From Spirochaetia bacterium (GTDB taxonomy: Bacteria; Spirochaetota; Spirochaetia; SZUA-6; Bin103), in contig CBDBDQ010000005.1 in NCBI GenBank assembly GCA_965203905.1, positions 6,560,001-6,624,000 of the forward strand: a stretch of DNA of 64,000 bases, read 5' to 3'. The position numbers and the translations under genes are program-made. Positions 19,407 through 29,439 of the stretch are shown here, piece after piece; position 1 is the first letter of the stretch; each line of letters begins with the position of its first letter. The notes under the pieces were generated by a model that searched no databases, was not told the origin of the DNA, and saw only the letters and a program-made list of their open reading frames with translations.

Positions 19407-20521
19407 TGGCCAAGCTTCTTAGCCGTTCCCGCCCCGACCGTGAAACCGAGCGTTACTTCATGGCATCGAGCCTCCAGCTCACCTGGATAGCCTTCAGAAG
19501 GCACCGTCTGGCCCTTGTGGGCGGCAGCATCCTGCTAATCGTTTATCTGGTCGCCCTCTTTGCTGAGTCCGTTGCCCCCCTCGGTCCTTTGGAGCGCGAG
19601 TCCGACTTCGCCTTCGCTCAGCCGCAACGCATTCGCATTGTGCATGCCGGAAGGCTTTCCTCGCCCTTCGTCTACGGGTACACGAGGTCGCGCGACCCCG
19701 AGAGCCTCAGACCCATCTTCACGGTTGACCACAATGCCCGCTACCCGATTCGCTTCTTCGTCCAAAGCAAGCCCTATAAGCTCTGGAATCTCATTCCTAT
19801 GAGGATCAAACTCTTCGGGGTCGAGGAGGGACAGGCGTTTCTCTTGGGGAGCGATAGACTCGGGCGTGACCTGTTTTCCCGAAATATCTACGCCGCGAGG
19901 GTCTCTCTCTCAATAGGCCTTGTGGGGGTCACCATCAGCTTCATATTAGGCGTTACCTTGGGGGGCATTTCGGGCTATTACGGCGGCATAATCGATGACT
20001 TCATTCAGCGCGTTGTCGAGTTTCTGCTCTCGGTGCCGCAGATTCCACTGTGGATCGCCTTTGCCGCCGCGCTGCCGCTCGATTGGCCTCCGATCAGAGT
20101 TTACTTCGGTATCACCGTCATCCTCTCGCTGATGGGCTGGGCGCAACTGGCGCGGGTGGTTAGAGGCAAGTTTCTGGAGCTTCGCGAGGCCGACTTCGTG
20201 ATGGCTGCCAGATTGGCAGGAGCGCCCGCTGCCGCTATCATCCGCCGCCACCTCCTGCCCTCGTTCATGAGCTTCCTGATCGTGAATCTCACCCTTGCTG
20301 TTCCCGGCATGATCCTGGCGGAGACTTCTCTGAGTTTCCTGGGGCTGGGCATCCGCGCGCCCGCGGTGAGCTGGGGCACGCTTCTCCAAGACGCACAGAA
20401 CGTTCAAGCAGTCGCCAACCATCCCTGGCTGCTGCTGCCGGCTCTGTTCGTGGTGTTGACGGTTCTCTGCTTCAACTTCGTAGGTGACGGCCTGCGGGAC
20501 GCCGCCGATCCTTACAAGTGA
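19406..20521 (+). CDS. ABC permease (DppC/OppC-like)
   Basis: GSDRLGRD, FVMAARLAGA, SLSFLGLG, GDGLRDAADP. Confidence 0.92.
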   Translation: MAKLLSRSRPDRETERYFMASSLQLTWIAFRRHRLALVGGSILLIVYLVALFAESVAPLGPLERESDFAFAQPQRIRIVHAGRLSSPFVYGYTRSRDPESLRPIFTVDHNARYPIRFFVQSKPYKLWNLIPMRIKLFGVEEGQAFLLGSDRLGRDLFSRNIYAARVSLSIGLVGVTISFILGVTLGGISGYYGGIIDDFIQRVVEFLLSVPQIPLWIAFAAALPLDWPPIRVYFGITVILSLMGWAQLARVVRGKFLELREADFVMAARLAGAPAAAIIRRHLLPSFMSFLIVNLTLAVPGMILAETSLSFLGLGIRAPAVSWGTLLQDAQNVQAVANHPWLLLPALFVVLTVLCFNFVGDGLRDAADPYK

Positions 20522-20685
20522 GCTCCGCGGGGTGCCGGCCGGAGTCCGGGAACTGCTTCAGTCGAGCGATCGTGTCGAACCTTGCGAACGTAGCGAGTCG
20601 CGGCTGGCCGATCGTCGAGCGCGATGTACTCGGCGATCTCATCAAGGTCGGCCAGAGCCGGTCCTGCCCAGATCAATCGAGCCAT
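20521..20685 (-). pseudogene. ParE/RelE toxin remnant, frameshifted and truncated
   Basis: MARLIWAGPALADLDEIAEYIALD; after a frameshift DTIARLKQFPDSGRHPAEL; ends at the permease stop. Confidence 0.7.
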
Positions 20686-20757
20686 TTGGCCAATTTCTGT
20701 TTCGCTTCCGCTTCGGTACAGGTCCGGTTTTCTTGCAGCGCGCGTTCGCCGCGTGCC

Positions 20758-20805
20758 ATGCGCTACTTCGTGCTGCACGCGCCCCGGCAGACCGGCAAGA
20801 ACGTG
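20758..20805 (+). pseudogene. Walker-A stub of an AAA-family ATPase
   Basis: YFVLHAPRQTGK with no continuation. Confidence 0.4.
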
Positions 20806-21090
20806 CGGCGCCCGTGTCTCCGGCGACGGATTCCTGTACGAAGCGTGGCCAGCGATCTCGGATTGGGACGGGGAGTGGGTGCTGACGACGGTCTGGGAAC
20901 TGCCGGCCCCAGATCACGGTGGTGAGATGTGGCCCGAGGACCGGCTAATGAAATATGAACAGATGGTGGCAGATCGATTCATCGGGATCGCCAGCACGAC
21001 GTGTTTGTTCCGCACCGCAGAGACGGTTGCAAAAGCGTACCGCAATGCCCGACCCGTTGCAGAGGCCATCGACACCGCCCCGAAGAGCCG

Positions 21091-21288
21091 GTGACTCCTG
21101 AAGCCCTGCTCGGTGCTGCCGAGTTCTTGGTTTCGCCGACGCACGGCACGCCGTCGAAGGCACGCATCCGCCGCTCGATATCCACGGCGTACTACTCCTT
21201 GTTCACGGCGCTGACGGATCAGGTGCAGATGATGTGCGTTGCGATCCTTGCCACTGACACTCAGCGGAAATATATGAAGCCGCGGTGA
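21091..21288 (+). pseudogene. HEPN-like protein, N-terminal fragment
   Basis: IRRSISTAYYSLF resembles the RRAxSxAYYAxF helix of HEPN-type proteins; GTGA overlap with an upstream unknown ORF ending at 21094. Confidence 0.5.
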
Positions 21289-21382
21289 TCGTTGAGGGAC
21301 CTGCTGTAGTGGTATGGACCAGGAGCGATTCCGGCCGCGCTCTCGGTTACGAACGGGCGCTGGCAGCAAGGCGGCAGGTAGC

Positions 21383-22660
21383 TCACATGGCGCGCAGACC
21401 GGCCGCATCGTCGATCGGCTCCTGGTAACCGCGCATTGCCCCACTCAGCACCTCGTCCATGGTCACTGCGCGGCCGGCGGCAGCGGACTCCAGCATGGCG
21501 TAGCACAGGGCGACCGAGCGCATCCCCTGCTCCACGTCCACCTCGACCGCCACGCCATCGGCCGCCGCGCGGCCCAGCTCGGCATACTCCACCGCGATCA
21601 GCTTGCGGTCGATCTCGGGGAACTCCAGCTCGTAGCTGCCCAGGCGCTCGCCGCCGAACAGGCGCGCGGTCACCTCCTCCAGGCGGAATTCGGGCACCAT
21701 CTCCAGCAGCTCGGCGCCGCGGCGGTGCTCGCCCTCGCGGTCGAGCACGAAGCTCCGGCCGCGGCGGTCGGGCGGCAGCTCCAGCGCCCCGCTCGCGCCG
21801 TACATGGCGCGCCGCCACTGCCCGAGGCCGTGTGCCGCGTGATCCGCCACGTACTGCCCCGCCGCCCCGTTGGCGAAGCGCAGCGTGGCGTACACCGCGT
21901 CCTCGGCGTCGACCGCGAACCGCTCCGGCATCTGCCGTTGCCAGCGGACGTAGACGCCGGAGGGATTCACGCTGCCGCCGCCCACCGGGTTGGCGCGCAC
22001 CGGTTCGTGCAACCGTGCCTGCGCGTACACCTCCGTCACCGGCCCGCACAGGTACTCCATCATGTCGGTGTCGTGTACCCCGGCGTCCACCAGCAGTCCG
22101 CCCTCCTGCTTGCGATGGCGCCACACCGTGATGAACATGGTATCGGCCCCGCCCACGCTCTGATGCAGGTACAGCCGTGGCGCACCGATGGCGCCGGCGT
22201 CGAGCAGCGCCCGCGCCAGCCGGTTCATCGGATCGCGGCGGTAGTTCTCCGCCACGCTGACTACCAGGCCCGAGCCGCGGGCCCGCTCCTGCACGTAGCG
22301 GCAGGCGGCCACCGAGACTCCCAGCGGCTTCTCCACCATCACGTGCCAGCCCCGCTCCAGCGCTGCCGCCACGCAGCCGTGGTGGTGCCGGGTGCTGGTG
22401 GTCACGTCGACCGCCTCGACCCCGAGCGGGGTCAACTCCTCCAGCTCCGCCACCGCGGCCGGGCGTACCCCGAAGTGGCACTCCGCGGCGGCCGCCAGCG
22501 AAGCCGCGTTGTCCGCTACCGGATCGCAGACACCCACCAGCCGGTACGGTGAGAGGCCGGCGCGGTCCAGCTCGGCCAGGCCCTCCAGGTGGCGGTGCCC
22601 CATCCCGCCACAGCCCACGATCGCCAGTGCGATACCGTCCATCCGCCCCTCCGCGCCCAT
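21383..22660 (-). CDS. Gfo/Idh/MocA oxidoreductase
   Basis: IVGCGGMG, EKP, AENYR, DAGVH. Confidence 0.9.
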   Translation of the reverse strand: MGAEGRMDGIALAIVGCGGMGHRHLEGLAELDRAGLSPYRLVGVCDPVADNAASLAAAAECHFGVRPAAVAELEELTPLGVEAVDVTTSTRHHHGCVAAALERGWHVMVEKPLGVSVAACRYVQERARGSGLVVSVAENYRRDPMNRLARALLDAGAIGAPRLYLHQSVGGADTMFITVWRHRKQEGGLLVDAGVHDTDMMEYLCGPVTEVYAQARLHEPVRANPVGGGSVNPSGVYVRWQRQMPERFAVDAEDAVYATLRFANGAAGQYVADHAAHGLGQWRRAMYGASGALELPPDRRGRSFVLDREGEHRRGAELLEMVPEFRLEEVTARLFGGERLGSYELEFPEIDRKLIAVEYAELGRAAADGVAVEVDVEQGMRSVALCYAMLESAAAGRAVTMDEVLSGAMRGYQEPIDDAAGLRAM

Positions 22661-22716
22661 ACTCGCTCATGGTACACCGGGTGGCGTCTCCGGCGTCAGT
22701 ACGCTACCGTCAGTCC

Positions 22717-23613
22717 ATGGACCAGATTCCGATTGTCGACACTCACCAGCACCTGTGGGACCTCGATCTGCTGTCGTTGCCGTGGCTGGAAGCCGCGCCG
22801 CAGCTCGCCCGGCACCATCGCATCGACTATTACCAGAGCGAGGCCGAGGGCCACGGCGTGGCCAAGGCGGTCTACATGGAAGTGGACGTGGATCCCCTCG
22901 ACCGGCCGCGCGAGCGCGACCTGATCGGCGAGCTGTGCCGCCGCCCCGACGTGCCAACCGTGGCCGGCGTGTTCGGGGCCACGCCCGGCGACGCGGGGTT
23001 CGCGGCCACCCTGCAGGCCCTGGCAGAGGCCCCCCACGCCAAGGGCGCCCGCCTGGTGCTGCAGCCGCCGGACCGCCCGCGCGGCTTCTGCCTGCAGGAG
23101 CAGTTCGTGGCGGACGTGAGCGCCCTCGGTGCCAACGGCCTGCTGTTCGACGTCTGCATCCGCCCCTCGGAGCTGAGCGACGCCGCCGAGCTGGCGCGGC
23201 GCTGCGCGGACACCACCCTGATCCTCGACCACTGCGGCAACGCCGACCCCTACATCGTGGCCGGCACCGGGGGCAACCCGGACGATGCCACCTACGGCCA
23301 TGGCCGCCAGCAGTGGCTGGACGACATCCAGGCGCTCGGCTCGATCTCCAACGTGGTGTGCAAGATCTCGGGCGTGGTGGCGCGCGCGGCTCCCGGCTGG
23401 AGCGCAGCCGACCTGGCTCCCTCAGTCGATCACTGCATCGACTGCTTCGGTGAGGACCGCATCGTGTTCGGCAGCGACTGGCCGGTGTGCACCTTCGCCG
23501 CCAGCCTGGGCGAGTGGATCACCGCGCTGCGGGAGATCGTCAGCCGCCGCTCCGAGCGGCTCCAGCACAAGCTGCTGCACGAGAACGCCGAACTCATCTA
23601 CACGCTCGGGTAG
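22717..23613 (+). CDS. Amidohydrolase_2 family protein (L-fucono-lactonase-like)
   Basis: DTHQHLWD, ILDHCG, CKISG, FGSDWP. Confidence 0.88.
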   Translation: MDQIPIVDTHQHLWDLDLLSLPWLEAAPQLARHHRIDYYQSEAEGHGVAKAVYMEVDVDPLDRPRERDLIGELCRRPDVPTVAGVFGATPGDAGFAATLQALAEAPHAKGARLVLQPPDRPRGFCLQEQFVADVSALGANGLLFDVCIRPSELSDAAELARRCADTTLILDHCGNADPYIVAGTGGNPDDATYGHGRQQWLDDIQALGSISNVVCKISGVVARAAPGWSAADLAPSVDHCIDCFGEDRIVFGSDWPVCTFAASLGEWITALREIVSRRSERLQHKLLHENAELIYTLG

Positions 23614-23817
23614 CAGCCCGTGGTTAAACACCGGCTGTATCCGAGCGGCGATGCCCCGTGACAGTCTCGCTGTACAACCCGTGCTTTATCAAGTAACCGA
23701 CGGCACTATAGGGTACCACTCGATGTTGCTGCGGATGCAGTCGGCGGTTGGCAGTAGCCAAGCACCCAGTCAGAGCGCACTGAGGCGATGCCTGCTCCCA
23801 CCCTTCGGGAGGCTGTG

Positions 23818-24402
23818 ATGCCGCGATTCTCGACGCGCCTGATGAAACAACCCAAGAAACCTGGGACTAACGGAGTCTCCGATGCTCTGATAAGAAAGTA
23901 TGAGAAGTATGTTCAGCGCATCGATGATGACCTGATCGGCGAATTGAAGTTCCGCGAGTCCGAAGATATATCCCGTGCCCGAGAGGCTCTTCGTATCGCC
24001 GGCAACAAGCTCGGTCGCGACCTGATTATCCGGCGACCACGCGGTGTCCGGGATGTCTTGCGGTTCCGCTTGCGGGACAAGTCAATGGCAACCGTGCGCC
24101 CTCGGATGATTGCCACGTGGGGTCTGAACCAAGCCGAGGTGGATCGTATCTTTGGTGTATCGCGATCGGTTTCCAACAGGTGGCGGCAACAGGGAATGCT
24201 CCCACGAGCACTCTCCGAACTCGATGAGGCTACGAACCTCCTTCACCGGTATTTGAGGGCAGATCGAATACCGGTGGTCGTACGGAGTCCGGCTCAGGCG
24301 TACGATGGAGTGTCGCTGTTGGAGATACTGGAGCAGGGAGATACGACGAGGTTACTGATGACATGTCGCGCAATGTTCCAGTTCGACCAGATACACGCGT
24401 GA
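23818..24402 (+). CDS. Xre/MbcA-like antitoxin with an extra N-terminal domain
   Basis: HTH GLNQAEVDRIFGVSR..RW; C-terminal IPVVVRSPAQAYDGVSLLEIL; upstream of a RES gene. Confidence 0.6.
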   Translation: MPRFSTRLMKQPKKPGTNGVSDALIRKYEKYVQRIDDDLIGELKFRESEDISRAREALRIAGNKLGRDLIIRRPRGVRDVLRFRLRDKSMATVRPRMIATWGLNQAEVDRIFGVSRSVSNRWRQQGMLPRALSELDEATNLLHRYLRADRIPVVVRSPAQAYDGVSLLEILEQGDTTRLLMTCRAMFQFDQIHA

Positions 24403-24409
24403 CCGTAGA

Positions 24410-24856
24410 GTGCAGCGCGAGACGGTTCCGAACTCTCACACGTGGTGGCGGATCGCCGATCCGTCGTGGGACAAGACGGCTCGCGTGAATCTTGCCTTGT
24501 TCGTCGCCAAACAGCCGTATGAGCTGGACGATCTTCGCGAGGAAATGAGACCAACGTTGGTGGCTTGCTCCTTACCGCGCGAGCAGGGGGTATGTGACGC
24601 ATACTCGCAGGCAGGCTTGGTCGCGGTCGGACTGCCTGCCACCTACCCGTTGGATTCGAATGGCACTTTGGTTCCGCAGTCGCGCTGTCAGCCTATCGGA
24701 ATTCGGGCCAAGAACGCTCACCTACGCGGTATCCGGGCCCGCTCGGCACAGGACTCAAGCGGGGCCCGACGCGAGTTGGCGTGGTTCCCGGCCACCACTC
24801 GGTCCGTTGCCCGGCCGCTGCAGACCCTGATGTTCGCCGCATGGTTCCCGCCATAG
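24410..24856 (+). pseudogene. RES-domain toxin with an apparent internal deletion
   Basis: WWRIADPSW joins directly to DKTARVNL and lacks the GGRWN..LY segment; C-terminal CQPIG..GIRARSA..ELAWF is retained. Confidence 0.55.
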
Positions 24857-24868
24857 GCGCAGCATAGC

Positions 24869-26383
24869 CTACCGGGCGTGCCGTGGCGTGGTTGCGTAGG
24901 GCCAGCTCGTGCCGCCGCGGCCGGCGGCGTGCTCCACCTCGCTCGCGACCAGGGCCGCGCTCAGCCGGTGGATCAGGTGATCGCGCCGGGCGCCGTGGCG
25001 CGGATCGCTCCACAGGTTGCTGGTCTCCTCGGGATCCAGCTCCATGTCGTACAGCTCGCCTTCCGGGTCGCTCTGCGCCGCGGGATCCTGGTACAGCGTC
25101 AGCTTGTAGCGCCCGTCGTGGAACATGGAGGCGTAGATCGGCGGGTCCCAGTATTGTGCGGGGCCCATCTCCGAGCTGCGGTAGCCCATCCCCGAATTGC
25201 GGTACAGGGTAATGGCGTGGTCGCGTGCTGGCGGTGGGTCGCCGGCGGCGCGCACCAGGGCGGCCAGGTCCTGCGACTGCGGCATCAGCGCCGCCACCTC
25301 GGCGGCCGGCAACCCGGCGGCGCGCAGCAGGGTGGCCGCCAGGTCGTGCGGCTGCACCAGGGCCGGCACCCGGGTCCCGGCCCGCTCCGCGCCCGGCAGG
25401 CGCAGGATCAGCGGCACGCGGGTACACGGATCGTAGAAGAAGGCTCCCTTCGCGATCAGCTCCAGGTCGCCGATCATGTCGCCGTGGTCGGACACGAACA
25501 GCACCAGGGTGTCGTGCATGAGGTCCAGGCGCTCCAACTCGGCGAAGATGCGCCCCACCTGCCGGTCGAGAAAGGCGATCGAGGCCAGGTAGCCGTGGCG
25601 GAGCGCCGCGAGGTCGCGCTGCGCCGGCACCCGGCTGCGGCCCTGCCCGCCGTGGAACAGCTCCCGCTCCCGCGCCACGCCGCCCGGGACCGGCCGGTGG
25701 GAGGCGGTGAGCGGCCGTACCGGCGCCATCCGGGAACGGTCCACCAGCGCGCCGGCCTCCGGCGGATAGTCGAAGTAGGGGCCGTGCGGGTCGAACAGGC
25801 TCACGTTGAGGAAGAACGGGCGCGCGACGTCGCGTTCGTTCAGGAAGGCGATGGCGCGCTCGGCCGCCCAGGTGCTGAAGTGCGCCGCCGCCGGGTGGTG
25901 GTCCTGCGAACCCGCCTGCAGCCGCCGCAGGAACTCGGGATGGTGCTCCCGCAGCCACGCCACGTGGGCGTTGAAGGGCGAGTCGAGGTGCACCTGCGGA
26001 TCGATGCTCCACTCGTAGCGCTCGAAGCCGTCGTGCGGGTGGCGCTCGGCACATTCCACGCCGCGGCCGGAGACGTGCAGCTTGCCCACCAGCGCGGTCT
26101 CGTAGCCGAGGCCGCCGAGGTGCTCCGGCAGCAGCACCTGGTCCGCGGGCAGGGTGTCGTGGATGCGGTACACGCCGTGGCCCGCGGGCAGCCGCCCGGT
26201 GAGCATGCAGGCGCGGCTCGGCGTGCACATCGGCACGTTCACGTAGCAGCGCTCGAACACCACGCCGTCCGCGGCCAGGCCGTCGAGCGCCGGGGTCGGG
26301 ATGGCGTCGCAGCCGTAGCAGCCCAGGGTGTCCCAGCGCTGCTGATCGCTCATCAGCAACAGGATGTTGGGTCGTTCCGTCAT
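24869..26383 (-). CDS. Sulfatase (Cys-type)
   Basis: MSDQQR, CTPSRACMLTG, GKLH, DPH, SDHG. Confidence 0.92.
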   Translation of the reverse strand: MTERPNILLLMSDQQRWDTLGCYGCDAIPTPALDGLAADGVVFERCYVNVPMCTPSRACMLTGRLPAGHGVYRIHDTLPADQVLLPEHLGGLGYETALVGKLHVSGRGVECAERHPHDGFERYEWSIDPQVHLDSPFNAHVAWLREHHPEFLRRLQAGSQDHHPAAAHFSTWAAERAIAFLNERDVARPFFLNVSLFDPHGPYFDYPPEAGALVDRSRMAPVRPLTASHRPVPGGVARERELFHGGQGRSRVPAQRDLAALRHGYLASIAFLDRQVGRIFAELERLDLMHDTLVLFVSDHGDMIGDLELIAKGAFFYDPCTRVPLILRLPGAERAGTRVPALVQPHDLAATLLRAAGLPAAEVAALMPQSQDLAALVRAAGDPPPARDHAITLYRNSGMGYRSSEMGPAQYWDPPIYASMFHDGRYKLTLYQDPAAQSDPEGELYDMELDPEETSNLWSDPRHGARRDHLIHRLSAALVASEVEHAAGRGGTSWPYATTPRHAR

Positions 26384-26503
26384 CGGTACCGAGGCTGCCT
26401 CACCGCCGCCGCGTTGTCAAAGACCGCCGGTCGCTGCGGTCCTTGCGGGCGCCTCGCGCCGCGCCGGGTATGCACGGCCGCCGGAGCGGCAGTATCGTGA
26501 CGC

Positions 26504-27395
26504 ATGGCGCGCTATCCCGACCACACCGGGCCGACGGTGCCGATGACCGACGAGCAGAGGTTCTTCTTCGACCTGCGCGGCTGGCTGGTGCTGCCGGCAG
26601 TGCTCTCCGCTGCCGAGCTGGAGACGATGCGCGCGGAGTGCTACGCTGGCGTCGATCCGCTGCTGGAGCGCCCCGGCGGCGTGAAGGACGGCCACTCCGG
26701 CGTGCTGCAGACCCTGCTCGACCATCCCGCGGTGGTCGGCGTGCTGTCCGAGATCCTGTCGGAGCAGCCGTTCGACCGGGAGGAGTGCTACGGCTTCCGC
26801 TGCGAGGATTCCCACGTCATCATGCGGCCCCCCGGCTGGCACAAGACCAACCGCGGCGACAACGGCGTCCCGCACGTGGTGCGCCCGCCGCAACTGGCCA
26901 ACGCGATGCGCTACCAGGTCGCGGGCAAGCGGATCTTCTCTGGTCTCACCCGGGTGGTGTGGGAGCTGGAGGAGGTGCAGGCGGGCCGGGGCGGCACCTC
27001 GTTTCTCAGCGGCTCCCACAAGGCGCACTTCGGCTACGGCGGTCGCGACCGCTTTGCGCCGAGCGCCGCGGAGTCGCCGTGGCTGGAACGCATCCACGCG
27101 GCCATGGACACCTACGCCTGCCCCGCCGGATCGGTGGTGATCTTCACCGAGAGCCTGCTGCACGCCGCCAACGACTGGACCAACCCCGACAACGGGCGCT
27201 GCGCCATCTTTCCAGTGCTACAACTCGCTGTGGGCGCAGTGGCACCGCCCCAACATCACCCCCGAGGAGATCGCGGCCATGCCGCCGAAACGGCGCTCGC
27301 TGTTCCGCGGCGTGTGGCAGCTCGGCGGTAACACGACCTGGTCCCCCGACAACCAGACCTCCCTGCGCGCGTCACCCCACCGCCGCGCCGGCTGA
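26504..27395 (+). pseudogene. PhyH-family dioxygenase with a +1 frameshift at about 27210
   Basis: FFFDLRGWLVL, GSHKAHF, VIFTESLLH; removing one T restores CAIFQCYNSLWAQWH... to TGA 27395. Confidence 0.75.
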
Positions 27396-27444
27396 ACGCT
27401 CGCACCGGTTACGCCATGCGACTGTCGACGGAAGGAGCGCGCTG

Positions 27445-28310
27445 GTGAAGTACGAGCTGGAGACGATTCCGGTGTGGGATGCCTACCACGCGCAGAGCGA
27501 GTGCCCCCTGTGCCTGCTGCTGCGCAAGGCGGAGCAGGACTTCGTGCGCTTCTACGTGGGGCACTCGGTGATGGTTCCGGAGATGCGGGTGCAGGTGAAC
27601 GACACGGGGTTTTGTCCCGCCCACTTCCCCATGCTGCTGGAGGGGGGCAACCGCCTGGGGCTGGCGCTCATCACCCACACCCACGTCGGCGAGCTACGCC
27701 GCAAGCTGGAACGGCGCCTGGGGAGCGGCAAGGCCGGTGCCGCCCTCAAACGGGAGATCGCCGGCTTCGGCACCTTTCTCACCGAGCAGATCGAGCGCTG
27801 CCTGATCTGCGAACGCCTGGACGATCCAGAAGCTCACCGGCGCCGACGTCAAGCGCTACAGCTACACCATCGTGCACCTGTGGCGGCACGAGGCCGAGTT
27901 CCGGCAGGCCTTCAACGATTCCCGCGGCATCTGTCTGGATCACGTGCGGGGCCTGCTGGCGATGGCCGTGGACCTCGCTCGCCGGATGCCGGCGGCCCGC
28001 AGCACGGTGGCGGCCAGATCGCTCCGGGCCGCGCCGCTGCGCGAGTTCGTCGGTGACCTGCTGCAGGTGCAAAAGCGCTCCTGGGAGCGGCTGGAACGGG
28101 AGCTGCTCGCCTTCACCGGCAAGTTCGACTACCGCGCCGAGGGCCCTCCCAGCCCCGCCGCCAAGCAGTCGGTCGTTGAGGAAGAAGGGCCGCGCCGGAT
28201 CGCGTTCGGCGAGGAAGGCGACGGCGCGCTCCGCCGCCCAGGTGCTGAAATGCGCCGACGCCATCCAGAAGCTCACGGGCGCCGACGTGACGCGCGAGCC
28301 CCCTCCCTGA
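27445..28310 (+). pseudogene. DUF6062-family Cys-rich protein, disrupted by inserted fragments
   Basis: YELETIPVWDAY..ECPLC, GFCPAH, CLIC, GICLDH, KFDYR, DAIQKLTG; insertions at about 27824, 27974 and 28175. Confidence 0.7.
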
Positions 28311-28361
28311 CCCGGAGCTGACCGGGCCCGCCCGGTTGACCGCGCGATACGTGCAGCCTAG

Positions 28362-28468
28362 GAGGCCGTCCAGGGCGGCGTGGCAATGGCGCGGCAACCG
28401 TAGCAGCCGAGCGTGTCCCAGCGTTGCTGATCGCTCATGATGAGCAGGATGTTGGGCCGCTCCTCCAT
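28362..28468 (-). pseudogene. Sulfatase N-terminal remnant (paralogue of 24869-26383)
   Basis: MEERPNILLIMSDQQRWDTLGCYGC vs MTERPNILLLMSDQQRWDTLGCYGC. Confidence 0.8.
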
Positions 28469-28548
28469 GTGCGAGGCGCAGCCTGCCGCACGGCCCTTTC
28501 GGTGTCAAACGGCCGGCCCGAAACCGGCAATCCACCTGGCAGCGTGCC

Positions 28549-29439
28549 GTGCGCGTGCTGCGCAAGGACCGCTACCTCTACCTGATCTTCCTGCTGCCGT
28601 TCCTCTACTTCCTGGTGTTCCACTACCTGCCGATCTACGGCGTCATCATCGCCTTCAAGAACTACAAAGTGGCGTTCGGCATCTGGGGCTCGAAGTGGGT
28701 CGGCCTGCAGTACTTCATCGAGTTCCTCACCGATCCCTACGCCTGGAAGCTGATCCGCAACACCATGCTGCTGTCGTTCTACAGCATCGTCTTCGGCTTC
28801 CCGATACCGATCATCCTGGCGCTGCTGCTCAACGAGCTGCAGATCTCCTGGTTCAAGCGGGTGGTGCAGACGGTGAGCTACCTGCCGCACTTCATCTCGG
28901 TGGTGGTGGTGGCGGGGATGGTCGTGAACTTCCTGAACAGCGACGGCCTGGTGAACCGCATCATCGTGGCGCTGGGCGGCGAGTCGTTCCCGTGGCTGAT
29001 GCAGCCGCGCTGGTTTCCGACCATCTACGTCGTCTCCGGCATCTGGCAGCACGCCGGCTGGAGCTCGATCATCTACCTGGCCGCCCTGTCGGCGATCGAT
29101 CCGGAACTGTACGAGGCGGCCACCATCGACGGCGCCGGCCGCTTCCAGCAGATGCGCCACATCACTCTGCCCGGCATCGCCCCCACCATCACCATCCTGC
29201 TGATCCTCGACCTGGGGCGCATCATGTCGGTCGGGTGGGAAAAGATCCTGCTGCTGTACACCGGCGCCACCTACGAAACCGCCGACGTGCTGCAGACCTA
29301 CATCTACCGCCGCGGCCTGGAGGGCGCCGACTTCAGCTACGCCACCGCGGTGGGCGTGTTCCAGGGACTGGTGGGCCTGGCGTTCGTGATCGGGGCCAAC
29401 TACCTGTCGCGCCGGTTTTCGGATACCAGCCTGTGGTAA
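28549..29439 (+). CDS. Sugar ABC permease (LplB-like)
   Basis: YLPHFIS, LYEAATIDGA, ADVLQTYIY. Confidence 0.92.
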   Translation: MRVLRKDRYLYLIFLLPFLYFLVFHYLPIYGVIIAFKNYKVAFGIWGSKWVGLQYFIEFLTDPYAWKLIRNTMLLSFYSIVFGFPIPIILALLLNELQISWFKRVVQTVSYLPHFISVVVVAGMVVNFLNSDGLVNRIIVALGGESFPWLMQPRWFPTIYVVSGIWQHAGWSSIIYLAALSAIDPELYEAATIDGAGRFQQMRHITLPGIAPTITILLILDLGRIMSVGWEKILLLYTGATYETADVLQTYIYRRGLEGADFSYATAVGVFQGLVGLAFVIGANYLSRRFSDTSLW

